This document shows positions 62,297 to 64,000 of a stretch of DNA of 64,000 bases, piece after piece. The stretch comes from Lama guanicoe (lineage: Eukaryota): the NCBI GenBank assembly GCA_013239625.1, contig MU053933.1, forward strand, positions 2,319,026 through 2,383,025, written 5' to 3'. A program made the translations under genes and the position numbers. The stretch's first letter is position 1, and every line of letters begins with the position of its first letter. Under the pieces are notes generated by a model. The model did not search any database. It saw only the letters and a program-made list of their open reading frames with translations, and was not told the origin of the DNA.

Positions 62297-64000
62297 AAGC
62301 ATATTCAATAAAAGCGTGTATTAAAGCCTTGACTGGAAACTGGTTAGTGATTAAGGCACTCAGACGTTACGGTCCCCCTGAGGCTACAGCACGTGGCTTC
62401 TCCCAGCACACCTGAGTCGGAGCACACGGCCGAGACGCCACTGCCCGGGCCAGGGGCTCCGTCCTACTTCCCGACTCACGGCCCTGCTCTCAGCCCAGCC
62501 GCCAAGGGCCAAGGAAGAGCAATTTTCCAGAAACTACCATGCTAATATCGAGCTCAGTGGAGTCTACCACAAATTTTTTTATAAACAAAGAGTATAAAGT
62601 AAAAATCTGCAGGCTGCTATAAAACACGCAGCCACGTTTCACACTCTAAGTCGCTATCAGATGCCTGAGAAGGCAGAGAAGCAGACTGAAGAGTTTGCTA
62701 AGGTTGTTTCTCAGTTGGTGAAGGCCTGAGGGCAGAACCGTTCATTGAGACGCAGAGCTGCATCGTGGACAGCCGGCCGCCCAGCTGTCTGTTGACGCTC
62801 TTACCGCGGTGGCCGTGTAGGCTCATCGGACTCTAACTTGTGACCCGGAGTGAAGGGCGGACACCAGCCTCCCACCTTCCAAAGCTCAGGGTTTCTCTAA
62901 GTCAAAGCAGTTGGGCAACTGGGACTATTTTCAGGTCTCTTTCAACAAAGGCGGCTCACGGTGACCTCACGGCCTGCTGTCCCCACCAGGGCACTCGGAC
63001 TACTGACTCAAGTCTCGCACCTTGACCTGGAGGAGGTGGAACCACTGCATGCAGCACCCAGGCATCGGACAGGCCCCGAGCCCTCTCAAGAAGCTGCCTC
63101 TGAAGGGGCTTCTCGAATGTGCCCGAGACAAGGGGCGAGGCTGGGAGCTGGGTCGTCTGACAAGCGGGACAGGTGCCGGCACCCCCTGTGCTGCGTGGGG
63201 ACCGTCCCACCGCCCGGCACACGCCGCCCCCAGGGCACAGAGCCCAGCGGAGAAGGTGGCCAGCGCGCGGCCCCTTCCTCCCAAGGCGGACCTGCGGTCA
63301 CCCACCATCCCTAAGTGACCGTGGCAGGCAGGCAGGGCGGGCCCAAGACTCAGGGAGCACTTGTAAGGGCGCGGGACTGCCCTGCTGTCAGTGGGGCCGG
63401 AGCTATGATTCCCGAGAACCGCCCTCGGAGAGGCTGTTTCACACTTGATGTTCCAGGAAAGATACAAATTAAAAAGCCATCCCGTATGTGGTCCGAACTT
63501 TGCTAGTAAAGTTTTCTGATGGAATCTTTTAGGTGGGACAATAAAATCCAACAATTACTCAAAAAAGAAATTTCAATGCTACTTGGTGTGGCCGCGGCCA
63601 AGCAGCGTCAGGCTGTGTCCTGGGACCCGGGTCCATGGAAAGCCGTCTGTGGTTCTGGGGAAACAAGGGTCCCACGAGGACATGGACACGCTCTCCCTCC
63701 TGCTGAGCTGCATGCGGGGCGGGGGACGGAGGGGAGGGGTCTGCACGCAGCTTGCAGACCAGACGGGTTACAGGGCTGGATGGAATGTGCAGGCTTCCTC
63801 CTCAAGTCAACAACCAAACAACAAAGAAAACCGTGACAGGCTTCCTGTCTCAGGGACTAAGCAGAGAAACAAGAGAAAAGGGACAGAAGCTCACAGGCCT
63901 GTGCCGGGAGCGCGGCTTCTGACGGCCCCTCAGCCAGGGGCCAGGGCGGCAGCCCCGGGAGAGGCGCCGAGGCCACTGGACGCGCAGGGACTGCGTCTAG
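62297..64000 (-). other. PTTG1IP: Probable 3' UTR of PTTG1IP (coding part lies beyond the right edge)
   Basis: Expected next gene by synteny; minus-strand blocks such as ttggatttt...taaaagattccatcagaaaac...aatttgtatctttcctggaacat resemble the human PTTG1IP 3' UTR as recalled; ends at AATACA (62317-62322) with a GU-rich downstream element. No coding sequence in the window to confirm it. Confidence 0.7.

Noticed and set aside
1..64000. Hundreds of 60-340 aa ORFs in the six-frame track (e.g. 13003..14022, 49525..50445, 2596..3438, 25671..26510)
   Set aside because: Pro/Gly/Arg/Ala-rich, overlapping on both strands, no recognisable domains; expected from stop-codon scarcity in GC-rich DNA and often lying in introns or repeats

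Overview
Mammalian genomic DNA, GC- and CpG-rich, most likely camelid (four copies of a tRNA-Ala-derived Vic-1-type SINE). It matches the human 21q22.3 block with three tandem minus-strand genes. UBE2G2 is complete: 6 coding exons, 37466->12123, 165 aa, HPN motif and Cys89 intact. SUMO3 is complete: 4 coding exons, 50716->41870, 104 aa, ending QTGG plus a 12-aa propeptide. The right end (~62300-64000) is probably the 3' UTR of PTTG1IP. All splice junctions were read by hand: all are GT-AG and the frames close exactly (498 nt and 315 nt). The rest is two CpG-island promoters, a 156-nt assembly gap, old repeats (L1, L2, MIR, MLT1, MER21, MER5, a solo LTR) and minisatellites. Repeat families and human comparisons are from recalled consensus/orthologue sequences, not from a search. 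I found no support for a new multi-gene system. The best leads are candidate hidden alternative exons in UBE2G2 (a dual-donor 12-nt/124-nt exon between the HPN motif and catalytic Cys, and a 79-nt poison exon), an RBFOX-motif cluster behind the weak SUMO3 exon 2 donor, a tailless half-tRNA retroposon with a perfect TSD, and a 21-bp higher-order minisatellite.
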